From the NCBI GenBank assembly GCA_023245335.1, contig JAHFKK010000001.1:936019-1000018 (forward strand): a stretch of 64,000 nt of DNA. The letters are read 5' to 3'. The notes beneath the pieces are model-generated. The model searched no databases. It had not been told where the DNA came from and saw only the letters and a list, made by a program, of their open reading frames with translations. The position numbers and the translations under genes were made by a program. Positions 60,144 through 64,000 of this stretch are shown in pieces. Within the stretch, counting starts at the first letter, position 1, and each line of letters opens with the position of its first letter. This DNA is from Candidatus Gottesmanbacteria bacterium (GTDB taxonomy: Bacteria > Patescibacteriota > Microgenomatia > UBA10105 > UBA927).

Positions 60144-60479
60144 TTAATAGAGTTTACCACCAATAACTGCTTTTTCTTTATCAGGAACGATCAGTATACA
60201 TTCATGATCTCCATCCGGCACACCTAACGTCAGTACTTCCGATAAAAAGGGTCCGATTTGCCGGGGAGGAAAATTGACGACGCCAAGGACCTTTTTCCCC
60301 TTGAGCGCGTCTTTCGTGTAGTGCTTGACGAGCTGTGCACTGGATCGTTTGACCCCGATCTCCGGACCGAAGTCGATCGTGAGTTTATACGCGGGTTTAC
60401 GCGCTTCGGGGAAATCGTCAACGGCAGTGATGATGCCGACCCGGACATCCAATTTTAGAAAATCATCATATGTTGCCAT
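60144..60479 (-). CDS. csaA: CsaA/Trbp111-like OB-fold tRNA-binding protein
   Basis: F.KLDVRVG, ARKPAYKL.IDFG, SSAQ, VNFPPRQIG.F.SEVLTLG. Confidence 0.9.
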   Translation of the reverse strand: MATYDDFLKLDVRVGIITAVDDFPEARKPAYKLTIDFGPEIGVKRSSAQLVKHYTKDALKGKKVLGVVNFPPRQIGPFLSEVLTLGVPDGDHECILIVPDKEKAVIGGKLY

Positions 60480-60498
60480 ATTCCTCCTTTTTTACCAT

Positions 60499-60650
60499 CA
60501 AAAAACCCGCCACCCCACTCTCGGGGTAAGGACGGGTAATCGTGGTACCACCTTACGTTACTTCTTATTACTGCTGTCACGGGCTTACCCGTTTCCGTTC
60601 TTGGCGGAACCGCTTGTCCTGTTCGGTGGCAGGACTTATAACGCGTTTAT
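60499..60650 (-). promoter_or_regulatory. T-box riboswitch (Pro specifier) with terminator
   Basis: AAGGTGGTACCACG...CGTCCTT antiterminator, terminator ending GGCGGGTTTTTT, stem IIA with CCGTGA F-box, short stem I with loop CCACCGAA. Confidence 0.88.
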
Positions 60651-60661
60651 GAACATCCATT

Positions 60662-60691
60662 ATTATATCTTTTACTGCTTCTCGCCGTCAA
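60662..60691 (-). promoter_or_regulatory. sigma70 promoter of the T-box-csaA-proS unit
   Basis: TTGACG-18-TATAAT. Confidence 0.7.
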
Positions 60692-61788
60692 CCTCCGTGG
60701 GCCAAACGAAGAATGTCATTAATGGAAACTAACAAAATCAATCCCAAAAGGATGACCATACCAATCTGATGCGCATTTCGTTCAAAGACCGGATTTACCC
60801 GTCGGCGGAATATCTTCTCCAAAAAGACAAATGCGAGCCTACCGCCGTCGAGTGCGGGAATCGGCAGGATGTTGAGAATCGCAAGATTGAGAGATAGTAT
60901 GCTCGCAAGCTCCAATACCGCTTCCCACCCGAACTGTATTGCCTGTCCGGTTACCTGCGCTATACCTATGGGTCCGGCCACTTCTGCCTGGGGCCGCCGG
61001 AGTTTCGCAAGCTGTCCGATGGTAGTTCCGAGCGATACGATCATATCCCGCCCGCGGGAAAGGTTGATGACCAAGGCTTTTCCCGGAGCTTCCGTAAGAC
61101 TGTATTTATGAACCTTGAGATCCGAAAGGATAGCGACACCCATCGGTCCCTGGCCGCTGGGCGGGTTGACGCGCGGCGTAAGTGTCAAATGATACGTCTG
61201 GCCACTGCGAAGAACCGTCACGTCTATCGCCTTCCCTGCGTTGATATGGGTAAATTGAATAATCTCATCGGTCATGATCGGATTGTGAATACCCGCGGCA
61301 TCGGGATTCTCCGCTAAAGTCATATCCGTAATGACATCATGAACTTGAAATCCCGCAGTTGCGGCAGGCGTCCCGGGCATGACGGTCGCTATATGCACGC
61401 TCACCGGTTCCTTCACTCCATGGACCAGAAGAAACGTGGTGATCCCCACGGCCAGGAGAAAATTCATAAATACTCCGGCGGTCAGGATGACGGCACGCTC
61501 TTTCTTGGTTCTCGCCCAAAAGTACTCTTTTGCCTTAGCGCCTTTTACTTTTGATTTTTGTGCGTCCTCAAGGTCTTCTCCTGCAAGGCGTACAAATCCG
61601 CCGATCGGGAGCCAATTCAGGGAATAAATCGTGTTGCCGAATTTCTTGCCGGCGGCCCGCGGGGGCAAACCCAAACCAAATTCCTCGACGCGGACTCCGA
61701 TGATTCTGGCTGCGGCAAAATGTCCAAATTCATGAATCAGAACGAGGACGGTAAGAATAGCCAAAAATATAACGACCGTAAGTACCAT
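60688..61788 (-). CDS. rseP: RIP metalloprotease RseP (M50)
   Basis: HEFGH, LPIGGFV, PDZ, NILPIPALDGG. Confidence 0.96.
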   Translation of the reverse strand: MVLTVVIFLAILTVLVLIHEFGHFAAARIIGVRVEEFGLGLPPRAAGKKFGNTIYSLNWLPIGGFVRLAGEDLEDAQKSKVKGAKAKEYFWARTKKERAVILTAGVFMNFLLAVGITTFLLVHGVKEPVSVHIATVMPGTPAATAGFQVHDVITDMTLAENPDAAGIHNPIMTDEIIQFTHINAGKAIDVTVLRSGQTYHLTLTPRVNPPSGQGPMGVAILSDLKVHKYSLTEAPGKALVINLSRGRDMIVSLGTTIGQLAKLRRPQAEVAGPIGIAQVTGQAIQFGWEAVLELASILSLNLAILNILPIPALDGGRLAFVFLEKIFRRRVNPVFERNAHQIGMVILLGLILLVSINDILRLAHGG

Positions 61789-61862
61789 AAACGAGTATGT
61801 AACCAATATACCAAGTTACTATACCAACAATCGAGGGGGAAATTAAAAACAGTGAGGTCTTC

Positions 61863-62426
61863 TTATACCTGGAGGAGTTCCGCTTCTTTTTTCTCTCCCA
61901 TAGTGTCGATTTCTGCTATCATCTCATCGGTCAGCTCCTGGACCCTTTTTTCACCCAATGCCTTTTCGTCTTCCGATACGGTCCCTTCGCTCTCCATTTT
62001 CGTAAGTTCCTTCATCGATTCGTGCCGCACCTGCCGCACCATGATACGGCCGCCTTCTAATTTGGTTTTAGCGAGCTTGATGTATTCCTGACGGCGTTCT
62101 TCAGAAAGCGGCGGCAGAGAAATACGTATGATTTCGCCGTCGATGACCGGTGTGAGTCCTACATTAGCCGCTTCCAACCCTCGCTGGATTTCGGTAATAA
62201 TAGAAGGATCGTATGGCGAGATGACGATCATTTTCGCTTCCATTGTCGTGATCGTCGCAAGTTCCATCATTTTGAGATACTGTGTACCGCCGTAAACTGC
62301 GATAACGATATTTTCTACAAGCGCGGGGGTAGCTCTGCCGGAACGGATGGATGCAAGGTCCGCATGCGTGACGTCTATCGCTTTCTTCATCCGCTCGCGC
62401 GTAGCATTAATGACCGGGTCTATCAT
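61863..62426 (-). CDS. frr: Ribosome recycling factor
   Basis: IRSGRA.P, P.LSEERR, VRQVR. Confidence 0.97.
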   Translation of the reverse strand: MIDPVINATRERMKKAIDVTHADLASIRSGRATPALVENIVIAVYGGTQYLKMMELATITTMEAKMIVISPYDPSIITEIQRGLEAANVGLTPVIDGEIIRISLPPLSEERRQEYIKLAKTKLEGGRIMVRQVRHESMKELTKMESEGTVSEDEKALGEKRVQELTDEMIAEIDTMGEKKEAELLQV

Positions 62427-62457
62427 GGATATACGTATACTATCACAGCATTTTTTC

Positions 62458-62528
62458 CATTGCGAGAAGCGAAGCGACGAAGCAATCCCAATAAGATTGC
62501 CACGCCGTCGGAACGGACTCGCAATGAC
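62458..62528. repeat. REP-like palindromic element, copy 2
   Basis: CATTGCGAG..GAAGCAATC-CCAATAA-GATTGC..CTCGCAATGAC. Confidence 0.75.
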
Positions 62529-62538
62529 ATAAAAGGAA

Positions 62539-62997
62539 TTATTCTCCCAGTTGCATGCGGGTAAATTTGGCGACGGTGATGTTCTCGCCGAGTTTGGCGA
62601 CCGTGAGCTTAATAAAGTCTGAAATTGCCACTTTCGGATCCCGGATATACGGACTTTTGAGAAGTTCCGCGACGTTTTTCGGATTCATCGACGCAACCTG
62701 GAGCGTGAGCTCATGAGCAAGCGCTTTAAATTCATCTGTTCTTGCGACAAAATCCGTTTCGCACCGCAGTTCTACCAATACCCCGACTTTGCCGTCTTGA
62801 TGGACATAGGAACTCACGATACCCTGTGAGGTTTCTTTGCCTTCTTTTTTGGATGCCTTTTCCAAACCGCGTTCGACGATAAGCTTCTTCGCTTTCGCGT
62901 AATCGCCTTTGGCGTCCTCAAGAGCCACCCGGCAATCCGCAATACCTGCGAGTGTTTCCTGACGAAGTTTTTTGAGAAGATCTATAGAAATATCCAT
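62539..62997 (-). CDS. tsf: Elongation factor Ts (short form)
   Basis: LR.ET.AG..DC..AL, EL.CETDFVART, LGENI. Confidence 0.95.
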   Translation of the reverse strand: MDISIDLLKKLRQETLAGIADCRVALEDAKGDYAKAKKLIVERGLEKASKKEGKETSQGIVSSYVHQDGKVGVLVELRCETDFVARTDEFKALAHELTLQVASMNPKNVAELLKSPYIRDPKVAISDFIKLTVAKLGENITVAKFTRMQLGE

Positions 62998-63029
62998 ACG
63001 CCTCCTAACTCTTCGGGCTCATCCCAAGA

Positions 63030-63860
63030 TTATTGCGCTCGGCCCATCTTCACAGATGACGCGACTACTTTTTCTTCTTCTGCCTTCGGTGCCGCTGCGG
63101 CCGTTTCCTCTGCTTTCTTCTTGGCTTTCTCCGCTTCCTTTTGAGCTTTCTCTGTGGCTACCGCCGCTTCTTTTTCCGCTTGTTCGCGGCCCTCGCGGTA
63201 TGCATCTCCTAACGCGTTCATGATGAGCTGTACGGAACCCACCGCATCGTCATTTGCCGGAATCACATATTCTATATCCTCTGGATTCGCATTGGTATCG
63301 ACAATGCCGACGACCGGTATGTTCATACGGTGTGCTTCCCGTACTGCCGCCTGCTCTTTACGGACGTCGACAACCACAATGGCATTGGGTAACGCTGAAA
63401 GCGCGAGTACTCCGGCGTAATCGACATTTAGCCGCTCAAGATATCGAGCGAGCTTCGTTTGTTCGTGTTTGGGAAATTTTTTCCATCCGCCGTTGACCTG
63501 ATCGTCCATCATTTTTTTGATTTTCAGGAGATTCTTATGCACGCCCTCCCAATTGGTCATGAATCCGCCGATCCATCGCTGGACGAGATAGGACGCTCCT
63601 GCGTTGACCGCTGCTTCTTTCACGACACCTCTCGCCTGCCGTTTGGATCCGACGAAAAGTACCGTCCCGCCTTTTGCTGCCGTATCACGGACAAACTCCA
63701 TAGCACGATCGAGCCCTGACTTGGTTTTCGCAAGGTCGATGATGTGGATACCGTCTTTTTCCTGCCAGATGAAGGACGCTGCCTTCGGGTGCCAGCGCTC
63801 GGCTTTATGACCGAAATGGCATCCTGCTTCCAATAGTTGTTCCAGTGTTATGTCTTGCAT
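63030..63860 (-). CDS. rpsB: 30S ribosomal protein uS2
   Basis: LLEAGCHFGH...W.PK, RWIGG.MTN, IPANDDA. Confidence 0.97.
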   Translation of the reverse strand: MQDITLEQLLEAGCHFGHKAERWHPKAASFIWQEKDGIHIIDLAKTKSGLDRAMEFVRDTAAKGGTVLFVGSKRQARGVVKEAAVNAGASYLVQRWIGGFMTNWEGVHKNLLKIKKMMDDQVNGGWKKFPKHEQTKLARYLERLNVDYAGVLALSALPNAIVVVDVRKEQAAVREAHRMNIPVVGIVDTNANPEDIEYVIPANDDAVGSVQLIMNALGDAYREGREQAEKEAAVATEKAQKEAEKAKKKAEETAAAAPKAEEEKVVASSVKMGRAQ

Positions 63861-63962
63861 AAAAAAACTCCAAAGATACGCTCTTTGGAGTCCAAAGTTG
63901 CGTATCTCTTGACCTTCCACCCGATACCCTTTTTGGGGAGAGATACTTCTTCAGGTGTGCAG
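63861..63962 (-). promoter_or_regulatory. rpsB 5' leader RNA (S2-leader-like)
   Basis: CACACC...GGGTGGAAGG segments, several stems, TATAAT at 63973-63978. Confidence 0.6.
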
Positions 63963-64000
63963 AATAAAGATGATTATATCCTAATTACTATGCTTGACGC

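Noticed and set aside
1-64000. Alternative genetic code (UGA = Gly/Trp)
   Set aside because: Conserved genes are intact under code 11 and several end naturally at TGA with ATGA overlaps.
1-64000. Numerous antisense or overlapping ORFs in the six-frame track
   Set aside because: They are shadows of well-supported genes on the other strand or frame and lack recognisable motifs.

Overview
Gene-dense bacterial chromosome segment using the standard code (TGA is a stop). The gene content (short ProRS/EF-Ts/RF1, many GT-C glycosyltransferases, Thr/Pro-rich surface proteins, ORFans, form III-type RuBisCO) suggests a Patescibacteria/CPR (Microgenomates-like) genome; this is an inference. Most genes are housekeeping: dnaB, hisS, rpmE-prfA, rpsF-ssb-rpsR, ychF, cysS, recR, dnaX, ybeY, rpsU, proS, rseP, frr, tsf, rpsB and tRNA-Leu(CAA). 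Notable features: (1) a ribose-1,5-bisphosphate isomerase + RuBisCO pair; (2) an SAH/nucleoside-recycling block sitting between dnaX-ybaB and recR; (3) a rich cis-regulatory layer, comprising a Pro T-box with an ultrashort stem I before csaA-proS, a leader-peptide attenuator before hisC-hisS, tandem 8-bp operator arrays tied to a TrpR/YerC repressor, a duplicated ECF-sigma promoter and structured leaders on rpsU and rpsB; (4) REP-like palindromes, one in frame in rpsF; (5) an AT-rich HEPN-like gene. No CRISPR array, rRNA or transposase was seen. All calls come from reading the sequence; no searches were run.
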